Shown: positions 1 to 9,277, counted from the first letter of the stretch. The stretch is DNA of 64,000 nucleotides from Verrucomicrobiota bacterium (GCA_049510745.1 JBEKYR010000009.1:32001-96000), one strand, 5' to 3'. Program-made: numbers and translations. Notes: generated by a model from the letters alone, not told the origin.

Positions 1-113
1 CGCATCAGCGCCAGTTGCGTCATCACGCACGAAACACCCAGCGCCCCGACGGCCAACAGGACGAGCCGCCGTTGACTCGTGACCGCCGGCATTGTCGGCT
101 TGTGGTCGGACAT
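1..113 (-). CDS. N-terminus (partial, runs off window) of a membrane protein, probably fused MFS/spermidine-synthase-like
   Basis: Own translation from ATG at 113: MSDHKPTMPAVTSQRRLVLLAVGALGVSCVMTQLALMR; the G-x-S...Q-x-x-L-x-R pattern resembles TM1 of that family; starts 6 nt after the amrBA stop. Confidence 0.5.
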   Translation of the reverse strand, partial: MSDHKPTMPAVTSQRRLVLLAVGALGVSCVMTQLALM

Positions 114-119
114 GAAACA

Positions 120-1688
120 TTACTCCGACTCCTGGAACGCCTCGACGTGGTAGATGGAGACGCTGACATTCCTGCCGCGCCAGTCGTCCGGCGCGCAGCC
201 GGCTTTTTGGGCGAGGTGGTTGAGGAAATCGACCTTGTCCGGCAGTTGCTCCCAGACCTGCGGCAGATACGTCGCCCCGGCGGAGCCGATGCGGAGCACC
301 ACCCCATCCTCGTCAGGCTCCAACTTGTTGAGGAGGTCTTCCGGCGAACTGAAACTGAGCGGTTGCGGTGTCGTCAGCACGCTGATTTCGATTTTGATTT
401 TATTCACCTCCTCCGGCCGCACCGGCTGGAAACGCGGGTCGCGCGCGGCCGCGTTCCGCGCGTTGTCCGCCACCGCCTGGCAAAGCGCTTCCTGCGGCAC
501 AATGTGGCCGATGCAGCCGCGCAACTCGCCGTTTTCGGTCAACGTCACGAAGCACCCTTTGGTCTCCGATAATCTTGGTGACAGGTCCCTGGCGTTGACC
601 GCGGGTACCGACGAGGCGGGATTGGTCGCGACGCAGCTCAGGGTGCGGCGGGCCAGGTCCAGCAAAAACTTCCGGTCTTTCGCCTCAATGTTTTGGGGCG
701 CCGGCTCGTAAAAGGCGATGGCGGAATAGCCCACCACCGCGCTTTTGTCGCCGGCGGTATCACCGCTGTTGCGGTAATCCAGCAGTTGCGGCTTCCAGCC
801 TTTTTCGCGGGCCAGGTACATCAGCGTCAGAATGGGGACTTTGCCGCAAGCCTCCTGGGTTTTCATGTCGTCAATGTTCAGGTCGCAAACCGCCTTGACG
901 CAGCGGTTGTCCAGTTCTTTGGCCTTTTCGTAGGGGTAGTAATGACTCAGATCGGAGCTGGCCACCACGATGGTTTTGTCATCCAGCACCCCGGCCAAAA
1001 CCCTGGCGGCCTGTTGCGGGTCAACATTGCCAAAGACGATGGGCAGGATGGTGAAGTTCTTTAAAGTTTTTTGCAGGAAAGGAACCTGGACTTCGATGGA
1101 ATGTTCCCAGGTGTCGGGCGTGTCCTGCCCGGCAGGCGGCGCGGGCTTCGATGAGCGCGTCCACCACTGCGGCCGCTGGACCAGGCATTGCGGTTCCAGG
1201 ACAAAGGGGTTGGTCCTGGCGAGTTGCTGCGCCTTGGGCGAGATGGGGACGATTCCCAAAGGCGTTCGGTAAGCGTCCGTGTTCGGAATCGACGCGCCCT
1301 GAAACAAGGCATAGTGACTGGGGCCGAGGATGACGACGGTTTGAACATCGCGGCCGGCCAGCGTTTTGTAGGCAATCGCCGCGGTTGGTCCCGAATAAGG
1401 GTAGCCGGCATGAGGGCACACCAGGCCCCTCAGGTGCGGGATGTGATGGGGGGGCGCGCCGGCCAGCAATGCGTCAAGGGTTTTTGAAAGAACCGATTCC
1501 TCCGCCGGATAAAACAGCCCGGCAACGGCAGGCGCGCGGACGCGCAGGTGGCTGTTGGTCAGTTCCGCCGACGGAACGCGCTGGTTGGTGGGCGGCGTTT
1601 CCGCCCGCGGCTTGCACGCGGAGAAAGCCAGCAGCAGCGCGATCAGGGTCATCCCGAGGGTCGCTTTTCGTCTGTCTCCTGTGGGCAT
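120..1688 (-). CDS. amrB: AmmeMemoRadiSam protein B (MEMO1-like) fused to protein A (AMMECR1-like), with lipoprotein-type signal
   Basis: RAPAVAGLFYP, PHAGYPYSG, GPSH, EHSIEVQVPFLQ, ASSDLSHY (MEMO); GCFVTL, LRGCIG, DPRF, EISVLT, ATYLPQVW (AMMECR1); LLLAFSAC lipobox-like. Confidence 0.92.
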   Translation of the reverse strand: MPTGDRRKATLGMTLIALLLAFSACKPRAETPPTNQRVPSAELTNSHLRVRAPAVAGLFYPAEESVLSKTLDALLAGAPPHHIPHLRGLVCPHAGYPYSGPTAAIAYKTLAGRDVQTVVILGPSHYALFQGASIPNTDAYRTPLGIVPISPKAQQLARTNPFVLEPQCLVQRPQWWTRSSKPAPPAGQDTPDTWEHSIEVQVPFLQKTLKNFTILPIVFGNVDPQQAARVLAGVLDDKTIVVASSDLSHYYPYEKAKELDNRCVKAVCDLNIDDMKTQEACGKVPILTLMYLAREKGWKPQLLDYRNSGDTAGDKSAVVGYSAIAFYEPAPQNIEAKDRKFLLDLARRTLSCVATNPASSVPAVNARDLSPRLSETKGCFVTLTENGELRGCIGHIVPQEALCQAVADNARNAAARDPRFQPVRPEEVNKIKIEISVLTTPQPLSFSSPEDLLNKLEPDEDGVVLRIGSAGATYLPQVWEQLPDKVDFLNHLAQKAGCAPDDWRGRNVSVSIYHVEAFQESE

Positions 1689-1806
1689 GGTGTTTCACAT
1701 AACACCCCGCGCAAAGAGAAGTCAATCGTTTCGCGGATGAATCACCCCGCGCGCCGGCTTCGACGGGCACGGTTTATGCACTTGCATACCCTTGGGACCG
1801 GAAAAG

Positions 1807-1889
1807 GCGTCACACCGTCACATTCGTTGATAATCAGGGACTTAGGCCGTAACATTTGCCGTCACAAACCGTCATACAAGGCCGTCACA
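1807..1889 (+). repeat. Six CCGTCACA-like octamers (iteron-like)
   Basis: GCGTCACA 1807, CCGTCACA 1815, CCGTAACA 1847, CCGTCACA 1859, CCGTCATA 1869, CCGTCACA 1882. Confidence 0.7.
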
Positions 1890-2017
1890 ACGCCAAAGTT
1901 GGCCCGATGCGAACAGGGGGCGCGGGGAATAAGGCGCGCTACGTGAAAGGACAGATTCCGGCAAGATTTCGGAGGAGTAGGACAGTATTTGTCCAACCGC
2001 AGCAGGCAGAATCACGG

Positions 2018-3283
2018 ATGATGAAAACTGAAGATGAGATGGTTGATCAGACTGAGAATGGCAACAATGAAGCGCCTGCCGCCAGGGCGTGGGTCAGCGC
2101 GGTTCGTCCGTGGCCGGAGCCCGTGGAGGGGCACGCGTTACTGGATAATCTGGCTCAGACGGTGAGAAGGTTTGTCGTGTTGCCAAAAGGGGCCGCGGAG
2201 ACATTGGCGCTGTGGGTCTTGCACACGTACGCGTTTGAATTGCGCGATGTGACAGCTTACCTGGGAATTGAATCCCCGGAAAAGCGCTGCGGCAAGACCA
2301 CGCTCCTGGGGGTCTTGAATGAACTGGTCAATCGCCCCATTGCGGCGGCGAACATCAGTTCGCCGGCGTTTTTCCGGGTGATTGAGGAGGCGCGCCCGAC
2401 GTTGTTAATTGATGAAGCGGACACGTTGCTGGCGGGAAATGACGAGCTTCGCGGCATTTTGAATTCCGGGTACACTCGCAACACGGCCTACGTCGTGCGG
2501 GTCGGATTCCAGGAGGGCACCGGCGGCGGGCACAGACTGCCGCAGGAGGTGAACGAAGGGACGGCCGGGAAATCGGCTGGCGTGGGAAGCCGGCTGGCGC
2601 GCTATTCCTGCTGGTGCCCAAAGGTGATGGCGGCGATCGGGCGGCTGCCGGAGACGCTGGCGGATCGGTGCATTGTGGTGCGGATGCAGCGCAAGACGGC
2701 GCGGGAAGGATGCGAGCGGTTGCGGGAGATGGATCGGTCGCAGGCGGGCATGTTGCGAGAACAGTGCGCGCGATTTGTGGCCGATCACGCCGAGGCGATC
2801 GCGCAATTGAAGCCGCCGATTCCGGTGTCGTTGAATGACCGGGCGGCGGACATCTGGGAGCCGTTGCTGGTCCTGGCCGACCTGGCCCAACACGGATGGC
2901 CGGAAAGAGGGCGGGAAGCGGCGGAATGGCTGACCCAGGAGGCCCGAGAGGACGGGCCGATCGGCTCGTTGTTCATGGACATCCTCCTTGAATTTGTGCT
3001 GACAAAAAGCGGGCGACTGTTCAGCCGAAGCATCGTCGCCGCGTTGAACCGGCGTGAAGAGCGGCCGTGGATGCAGATGAGAAAGGGCAAAAAGATCGAC
3101 GAGCTATGGCTGGCCAGGCAGTTGGCACCGTATGGGATTCGTCCGCGCACCATCCGGATTGAAAGCGCGACGGCCAAAGGCTACACGGAGGAGGATTTTG
3201 CGGAAGTCTTCCGGCGTTACATTCCGCGCTCGGAGGTGGACGATCTGCAATTGGGGGTGCGCCGAAGTGAGGAGGGGCAATGA
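2018..3283 (+). CDS. DUF3631-domain P-loop protein (mobile-element primase/helicase-associated)
   Basis: SPEKRCGKT Walker A, LLIDEAD Walker B, RGILNSG, LNDRAADIWEPLL, C-terminal LARQLAPYGIRPRTIR..KGY; start placed at ATG 2018 rather than TTG 1856. Confidence 0.85.
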   Translation: MMKTEDEMVDQTENGNNEAPAARAWVSAVRPWPEPVEGHALLDNLAQTVRRFVVLPKGAAETLALWVLHTYAFELRDVTAYLGIESPEKRCGKTTLLGVLNELVNRPIAAANISSPAFFRVIEEARPTLLIDEADTLLAGNDELRGILNSGYTRNTAYVVRVGFQEGTGGGHRLPQEVNEGTAGKSAGVGSRLARYSCWCPKVMAAIGRLPETLADRCIVVRMQRKTAREGCERLREMDRSQAGMLREQCARFVADHAEAIAQLKPPIPVSLNDRAADIWEPLLVLADLAQHGWPERGREAAEWLTQEAREDGPIGSLFMDILLEFVLTKSGRLFSRSIVAALNRREERPWMQMRKGKKIDELWLARQLAPYGIRPRTIRIESATAKGYTEEDFAEVFRRYIPRSEVDDLQLGVRRSEEGQ

Positions 3284-3381
3284 AGATGGGCGTCGTGGGC
3301 TACGAGACGGCCGTGCCAAGGGTGATTGAGGACTTTGTTCGCCGATAGCGAACGGTTCAAGGACGCCAAGAGGCAACAAGG

Positions 3382-3407
3382 CGGGCGGAGGCGAAAGTCT
3401 CCGCCCG
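3382..3407. terminator. GC hairpin between convergent genes
   Basis: CGGGCGGAG-gcgaaagt-CTCCGCCCG; no U-tract. Confidence 0.4.
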
Positions 3408-3453
3408 GTCGTCTGGATCCCACCGCGCAAATTGACGTTGAAGCAGGTTCTGC

Positions 3454-4005
3454 TCAACCGGGGCTTAAAAGATCAATCGCTTGACCAATACCCTGAGCGA
3501 GTAGATAGATCGAGGCAAAATCGTAGTTTCTGCCAAGCTTGGGAGTCCAATAGCATCCGTGGGCTAGCCAATGACGATATCGAAACGCTGCTTTCACTTG
3601 TGAAATCAGCGGTTTTGATTGGGGAACGAGTTCCTTCCACGAATCCAAAATATCCTTCTCTAAAGAGATATTGGAGATATTGTCGTCCCTCTGCTTGAGT
3701 ATGTCTTGAAATCGCCTCGATAGGTCATCTTTGTAGCGACTGTAGCACCTAACCAAAAAATCAACTCGGAAACCAGCCTCAATTGCTGCCAGTAGAATAA
3801 ACGAGGAATTTCTGTCGAGCTCTTTGAGCCGTTGGTCACGTTCGGTCTCAACCTCAGGAATCGTGTATCCAATAAATCTGGGATCAATTGCCGCCAGCAA
3901 AGGCTGGTTGTAGTAGAATCGTATGCACGCAGCCGTCTGCGAGTGAAATACTGCCACCTCCTCGGAGTCCAGAATCTCCTCTGAAAACGTAACTCTACTG
4001 GGCAT
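3454..4005 (-). CDS. HEPN-like domain protein (putative RNase)
   Basis: Helical protein with LAAIE and an R-x4-H motif (RHWLAH); lower GC than the flanks. Confidence 0.6.
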   Translation of the reverse strand: MPSRVTFSEEILDSEEVAVFHSQTAACIRFYYNQPLLAAIDPRFIGYTIPEVETERDQRLKELDRNSSFILLAAIEAGFRVDFLVRCYSRYKDDLSRRFQDILKQRDDNISNISLEKDILDSWKELVPQSKPLISQVKAAFRYRHWLAHGCYWTPKLGRNYDFASIYLLAQGIGQAIDLLSPG

Positions 4006-4546
4006 CGACGACCTCGGCGAACGCTGAAAAAAATGTTTCCTGTGTCAATTCGATGAATCGCACCTTAGGCGGCTCAGTGGCAATCTTCCAGACGTATTCC
4101 TCTTTGACGGGAGTCTTTGGAACGTTAGGTGGATGCTCTGCTTGATTCCGACCCCGCACCGTGAAAGGGATTTTGACGCCAGTTGATTCGCGGCCGGTAA
4201 GAATAAATTTTACAACGCCTGTGCGTCCCGCCATATCGACTCGTCCTTTGGCCCCGATTAACAATGTACCAACAGGACAAAGCTCGACCTTTTCTGAATC
4301 CAATGCAATGGTCATCGCGGGCGCTTCATAAGTTCCAAGTCGTTCCTCGGTAATACTGATATTAGATTTCCGGACCGCCATCTTGCCGGAGCGCGTGTAG
4401 GGAGCGATGTAGTCTTCTATTTGACGATAGAAGGACTCTAAGTCTTGAAGCCACGCTCGTTTTCTTCCTTCCCAGTCGATGGCTTTGGACTCCTCCGCAT
4501 CTCGGCTCTTTTCGTTCAGGATTTTCTCGAAAGCTTCTTTGGTCAT
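3995..4546 (-). CDS. Hypothetical protein, overlapping partner of the HEPN-like gene
   Basis: 183-aa ORF; its stop overlaps the next start by 11 nt; motifs EERLGTYEAP and PVGTLLIGAKGRVD. Confidence 0.75.
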   Translation of the reverse strand: MTKEAFEKILNEKSRDAEESKAIDWEGRKRAWLQDLESFYRQIEDYIAPYTRSGKMAVRKSNISITEERLGTYEAPAMTIALDSEKVELCPVGTLLIGAKGRVDMAGRTGVVKFILTGRESTGVKIPFTVRGRNQAEHPPNVPKTPVKEEYVWKIATEPPKVRFIELTQETFFSAFAEVVDAQ

Positions 4547-4770
4547 AGCGATTCAGTAATGTGCAACGCCGCTTTTGCGGCCTCGAATTCAGTTTAACCA
4601 TGTTGGGCGCGGGTCGCAAGGGAAATTGGGATCGAAATCTGAGCCGGGGGGATGCGCAAGGTTGAAGCAGTTTATTGAGAAACATGAGCATGTCCCGTTG
4701 GCCGAGCAGCTCAGGCGGCGGCCGGCAAAGCCGTCCCGACGAGTCGGGAGTGCAATTCCAGCACGGGATT

Positions 4771-4873
4771 TCCGCCTTCGCTCTACGAGCTATGGCGGAC
4801 AGGCCCGCCTTCGCGTGAAGCTTCCTCCTTCGCTCCGCAAGGCGGAGCTATGGAGGACAGGACGGCGGACAGG
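4771..4873 (+). repeat. REP-like hairpin family 1: one tandem unit plus a nested pair
   Basis: Unit 4771-4803; outer unit 4804-4822 + 4862-4873 interrupted by inner unit 4823-4861; consensus TCCGCCTTCG-N-CT-NNGGCGGACARG. Confidence 0.85.
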
Positions 4874-4879
4874 CCATTT

Positions 4880-5626
4880 TCAAGAGCCGCGTGAGGCGTT
4901 GAGGGCCTTCATCAATTCGGGCAACACTACTCCTGCCGCCCCGGCCAGAGCAAAGTCCGCCTGCGCCGTGAAGGGTGTTGGCCGCGGATTGATCTCCACC
5001 ACGGTCGCTCCGCTGCGCAACGCTTCCGAGGGCAGAGCGGCCGCGGGATAAACGACGGTGGAAGTGCCGATGGAGAAAAAGACGTCGCAAGTCGTGCTGG
5101 CCGTCGTGGCCTGTTCCATCTCCGCTTCAGGCATCGGCTCTTCGAACCAAACCACGTCGGGGCGCAACCAGCCGCCACAGGCGGGACATTTCGGCGGGAC
5201 ATCGCCGGTGTCCAGCCAACTCGAAACAATCGTGCCTTCGTCAAAGCATTTCGTGCGCATGATATTGCCGTGCAGCTCGATGACCCGCCGGCTTCCGGCG
5301 CGTTGATGCAGACCATCGACGTTTTGCGTGATGAGATGGAACCGCGGAAAGAGCTTCTCCATATCCGCCAGAGCGAGGTGCGCCGGGTTGGGCTTGGCAT
5401 CGGCGACAAGCTTCCGCCGCCACTCATACCATTCCCAAACGAGGCGGGGATTCCGCCGGAAGGCGCGCGGAGTGGCCAGTTCCTCGGGGCTGAATTTCGC
5501 CCACAGGCCGGTCTGGGCGTCGCGAAAGGTGGGGACGCCGCTTTCCGCTGAGACGCCGGCGCCGGTGAGCACGGTCACGCTTTTGGCGGCGGCAAGGCGT
5601 TGGAGCAATTCAATCGGAATCGTCAT
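4880..5626 (-). CDS. cobB: NAD-dependent protein deacylase (sirtuin class III)
   Basis: GAGVSAESGVPTFR, YEWRR (YxxR), ITQNVDGLH, ELHG, RPDVVWF, GTS; start MTIPIELL at 5626 overlaps the GH92 stop (ATGA). Confidence 0.93.
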   Translation of the reverse strand: MTIPIELLQRLAAAKSVTVLTGAGVSAESGVPTFRDAQTGLWAKFSPEELATPRAFRRNPRLVWEWYEWRRKLVADAKPNPAHLALADMEKLFPRFHLITQNVDGLHQRAGSRRVIELHGNIMRTKCFDEGTIVSSWLDTGDVPPKCPACGGWLRPDVVWFEEPMPEAEMEQATTASTTCDVFFSIGTSTVVYPAAALPSEALRSGATVVEINPRPTPFTAQADFALAGAAGVVLPELMKALNASRGS

Positions 5627-7923
5627 GATTTGTCCGACGCCGGTTCCGGCAGCGGCGCGTAATGGAAATCCGCCGGCATGGTGGCGGGCGGGCGGTCCTC
5701 CGGAGCGCGCCCCCAGGCGGCATTCGGCTTCGGCCCCATCACCAGGCGGAGCGTGCCGCCGGCGGCAATCTCCTCGTGCCGGAGCCACGCCCGCGTCAGC
5801 GGTTTCCCGTTGAGGGTCGCGGACTGGATGTAAATGTTCTCCGGCCCGTTGTTCTCGGCCAGCACGGTGAAAGTGTGGCCGTGGTATTTGTCGCGGTCCA
5901 AATGCAGCACCGCTTTGCTGACGACCGGGCTGCCGATGGCATAGACGCCGCTGTCGGGATTCATCGGGTAAAAGCCCAACGCGCTGAACACGTACCAAGC
6001 CCCCATCTGCCCGCAATCCGCGTTGCCGCACTGGCCGGCCGGGGTGTCGTTGTACATGGCCGCCATGACCTGGCGGATGCGCTGCTGCGCTTTGTGCGGC
6101 GCGCCCGCGTAATCGTAAAGGTAGGCGACGTGATGGCATTGCTCATCCCCTTGCGAGTATTGGCCGATCAGCCCGCTGATGTCCGGGATGGTCGTTTGAA
6201 TCGTCGAGTCCGCCGTGAACAGGGCCTCCAGTTTCTGGATGAACGGCTCGTCGCCGCCGTAAAGCGCGATCATGCCGGGCACGTCCTGCTGCGCACCGAA
6301 GGCGTATTGCCAGGCATCAGCCTCGGTATATTCGTCGCCGACCAATGCGTTGCTGACAAACGGAGAGCGCCAGACGCCGTCGGCCTTGCGACCGCGGAAA
6401 AAGCGCGTTGTGCCATCGAACAGGTTGCGGTAGTTGGCCGCCCGCTGGTAAAACATCCGGGCGTCCTCCTTGTGTCCCAACGCTTCCGCCATGCGCGCCA
6501 GGCTCCAGTCGTCGAACGAATACTCAATTGTGCGGGAAGCCGCTTCTCCGTGGGGCGTCGAGGCAACGTAGCCTCGTTCCTTGTAGCTGCTCAACCCGTT
6601 GCGATCCTGCATGGCCGTGTCGCGCATCGCCTGATAAGCCGCCTCGCCGTCGAAGCCCCGGAACCCTTTGAGGTAAGCATCCGCCATGACCGCCACCGAA
6701 TGGTAGCCGATCATGCACCAGGTCTCGTTGCCCCACAACGGCCAGATCGGTGTCGTGTGCTGGCCATTCTGCCGATACTCCGCCAGCAGGGATTGAATGA
6801 TGTCGTCCACCCGGCGCGGTTGCAGGATCGTCATCAACGGATTCTCCGCGCGATAGGTGTCCCACAGCGAGAAGGTCGTATAGTTCTGGAAGCCTTCCGC
6901 CGGATGGTTCTTGTGATCCAGGCCGCGATAGGCCCCGTCCACGTCATTGAAGAGCACCGGCGCCAGGCAGCTTAGATACAGGTTGGCATAAAACGTCGTG
7001 CGAATGTGCGGATCGAACGACTTGACCCGCACCGCCTTGAACTCCTTCTTCCACTGCGCGACGGCGCGGGCGCGGACGCGGGCGAAGTTCCACGCGGGAA
7101 TCTCGGCCGCCAGGTTCTTCCGGGCGCCGTCGATGCCGGTGCCGGAAAGGCCGACTTTGACCAGGATCGTTTCATTGGCGGAGGTGGCGTAATTGAAGGC
7201 CGCCTTCATGCTCTGCCCCCTGCCCTCGCGGGCGTCCGCCGCCAGACGCTGGCCGTTGCGCTCCAGCACAACCGACGCAAACGGCCTTGAAAACTGCATG
7301 ACAAAATAAACCGCGCGCCGGCCGCCCCAACCCTCGGAGAGGCGCGCGCCGCTGACGATTGTGTTGTTCTCGACCGTCAGGGAAGTATCGACGGCCTCGT
7401 TGCCGATTCCGTGAGCCAGGTCCAGAATGATGTGGGCGTTGTCCGCCGCCGGGAACGTGTATTTGTGAAAGCCGCACCGGGTTGTGGCGGTCAGTTCCAC
7501 CGCAACCTTCGGACCCTCCAGGAACACGCGGTAGTCCCCCGGCGTGGCATGTTCCTTGTCGTGCGAAAAGCCCGACTTGTATCCCTCGGGCTTGAATTGC
7601 GCCTCTCCCACCGTCGGCATCAGGAGAATATCGCCCAGGCAACCGCAGCCCGTTCCGCTCAAATGGGTGTGGCTGAACCCGACGATGGCGGTGTCCGAGT
7701 AGTGATAGCCCGAACAGCCATCCCACCCCTGGATGGGCGTATCAGGGCTGAGTTGCACCATGCCGAAAGGGACGGTGGCGCCGGGGTAGGTGTGGCCGTG
7801 ATCGGCCGTTCCGACCAGCGGCAGCGGTTGATCGACGGGGTTGGGCAGCGCCCGGACGCTGGCCGCCAGAAGGCACGTTCCGGCGACTGTCGCGACGAGA
7901 TTTCCAGTGTGCATAGGGGTCAT
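5623..7923 (-). CDS. GH92 alpha-mannosidase, secreted
   Basis: Signal peptide; HTYPGATVPFGMVQLSPDT, FSHTHLSGTGC, FSLWDTYRA, MIGYHS, GNADCGQMGAWYVFSALGFYP. Confidence 0.93.
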   Translation of the reverse strand: MTPMHTGNLVATVAGTCLLAASVRALPNPVDQPLPLVGTADHGHTYPGATVPFGMVQLSPDTPIQGWDGCSGYHYSDTAIVGFSHTHLSGTGCGCLGDILLMPTVGEAQFKPEGYKSGFSHDKEHATPGDYRVFLEGPKVAVELTATTRCGFHKYTFPAADNAHIILDLAHGIGNEAVDTSLTVENNTIVSGARLSEGWGGRRAVYFVMQFSRPFASVVLERNGQRLAADAREGRGQSMKAAFNYATSANETILVKVGLSGTGIDGARKNLAAEIPAWNFARVRARAVAQWKKEFKAVRVKSFDPHIRTTFYANLYLSCLAPVLFNDVDGAYRGLDHKNHPAEGFQNYTTFSLWDTYRAENPLMTILQPRRVDDIIQSLLAEYRQNGQHTTPIWPLWGNETWCMIGYHSVAVMADAYLKGFRGFDGEAAYQAMRDTAMQDRNGLSSYKERGYVASTPHGEAASRTIEYSFDDWSLARMAEALGHKEDARMFYQRAANYRNLFDGTTRFFRGRKADGVWRSPFVSNALVGDEYTEADAWQYAFGAQQDVPGMIALYGGDEPFIQKLEALFTADSTIQTTIPDISGLIGQYSQGDEQCHHVAYLYDYAGAPHKAQQRIRQVMAAMYNDTPAGQCGNADCGQMGAWYVFSALGFYPMNPDSGVYAIGSPVVSKAVLHLDRDKYHGHTFTVLAENNGPENIYIQSATLNGKPLTRAWLRHEEIAAGGTLRLVMGPKPNAAWGRAPEDRPPATMPADFHYAPLPEPASDKS

Positions 7924-8084
7924 TCTTCAGTTCAATTCAAACGTCAAATGTCAAACGGCGTCAACCCATAGTTTCGTCCTTGGGCGCTGAATTTTTGACT
8001 GGCGGAAGGTTGCGAGCGCGTTAAAGTGCCCCTCCAGGCCCAAGGAATAAATCCGCAAGCTGGAACATTGAGAGAGGACAAACA

Positions 8085-9269
8085 ATGAGATTGAAAACAC
8101 TTCCCATCTTCCTGGCCTTCCTTCTCATGGGAGTGGCCGATGCGATGGGCCCCATGTCCGACGCAGTCAAGAATGACTACAAACTCAGCAACGTCCTGGC
8201 CACCCTGCTGCCCTTCTTCGTTTTTATCGCGTTTGCGGTCTTCAGCGTGCCGGGCGGGTTGCTGGCGGCGCGGATAGGCAAGAAGAAATTGCTGCTGCTG
8301 GGTTTGGGCATCAACGCTGTGGCGATGGCCGTGCCCAGTTTGATGGCGCCGGGCTTTGCGCTGCTGCTGGGGTGCATCTTTCTGCTGGGCGTCGGCACGA
8401 CGTTTCTGCAAGTGGCCGGCAACCCCATCATGCGCGATGTCAGTCCGGAAGGGGCCTACAGCCGCAACCTGAGCCTGGCCCAGGGCATCAAAGGGCTGGG
8501 CAGCACCGCATCGACCAAGCTGGTGACGGCTATCACTTCCGTCGCGCTCTTCGCGGGCATGGGTTGGCGCGGGGCCTTTCCCCTGTTTTTCATCCTGATG
8601 GTCCTGGCCTTCGTGGCGGTCGCCGTGCTGAAGGTCGAGGAAACCAAGGTGGACGCGCCCCCCGGCATCGGCGCTTCGGTGGCGCTCATGGGAGAGCCGG
8701 TCTTCGCGTTGGCCGTGTTGGGAATTTTTCTCTACGTGGGCGCGGAATCCTGCATGGGCCGCTTTTTGTTTCCGTCGATGAAAAGCATTGGCCTCGACGA
8801 GAAGACAGCCAGCAACTTCGGCCCGGCATTCTTCTTTTTGTTGCTGACAATCGGCCGGCTTTTGGGCGGCGCGGCGCTCACGGTGATGACTCCGCGCGCG
8901 TGCTTTCGCCTTTCGGCGCTGCTGGGGTTGATCGGGGCGGGCGCGCTCATGACCGGCTCCAAGGCGCTGGCGGTGGCGGGGGTGTTCGCCGCCGGCCTGG
9001 GTTTCGCCAACATCTGGCCGATGCTCTTCTCGATCACGGTGGAAGAGAAGCCGGAGCGAGCCAACGAATTGAGCGGTTTGATGTGCATGGCCATTTCCGG
9101 CGGCGCCCTGGTGCCCCTGGTCATGGGCGAATTGGTGGACCTGAAAATGGGCGCCTTGGCTTTCATTGTTCCGACCGTCTGCTTCGCCTATCTGTTGTTG
9201 CTCTCCCTGAAAAGCGGCGGCAAGGCCGGCCCAACCGCCAAGGCTTCCCCGCCCACCGTTCAAGCTTAA
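8085..9269 (+). CDS. MFS sugar transporter (FucP/GluP-like)
   Basis: About 12 hydrophobic segments; LQVAGNP, GIFLYVGAE, MAISGGALVP; GAGAGGA RBS. Confidence 0.88.
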   Translation: MRLKTLPIFLAFLLMGVADAMGPMSDAVKNDYKLSNVLATLLPFFVFIAFAVFSVPGGLLAARIGKKKLLLLGLGINAVAMAVPSLMAPGFALLLGCIFLLGVGTTFLQVAGNPIMRDVSPEGAYSRNLSLAQGIKGLGSTASTKLVTAITSVALFAGMGWRGAFPLFFILMVLAFVAVAVLKVEETKVDAPPGIGASVALMGEPVFALAVLGIFLYVGAESCMGRFLFPSMKSIGLDEKTASNFGPAFFFLLLTIGRLLGGAALTVMTPRACFRLSALLGLIGAGALMTGSKALAVAGVFAAGLGFANIWPMLFSITVEEKPERANELSGLMCMAISGGALVPLVMGELVDLKMGALAFIVPTVCFAYLLLLSLKSGGKAGPTAKASPPTVQA

Positions 9270-9277
9270 GTCTGTTT

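Noticed and set aside
4880..6139. 419-aa sirtuin with N-terminal extension, or a Sir2 defence effector
   Set aside because: The extension overlaps GH92 in another frame; the protein from 5626 is an ordinary CobB
8372..9277. N-terminal extension of the ROK protein
   Set aside because: Overlaps the MFS gene out of frame; the real start is 9278
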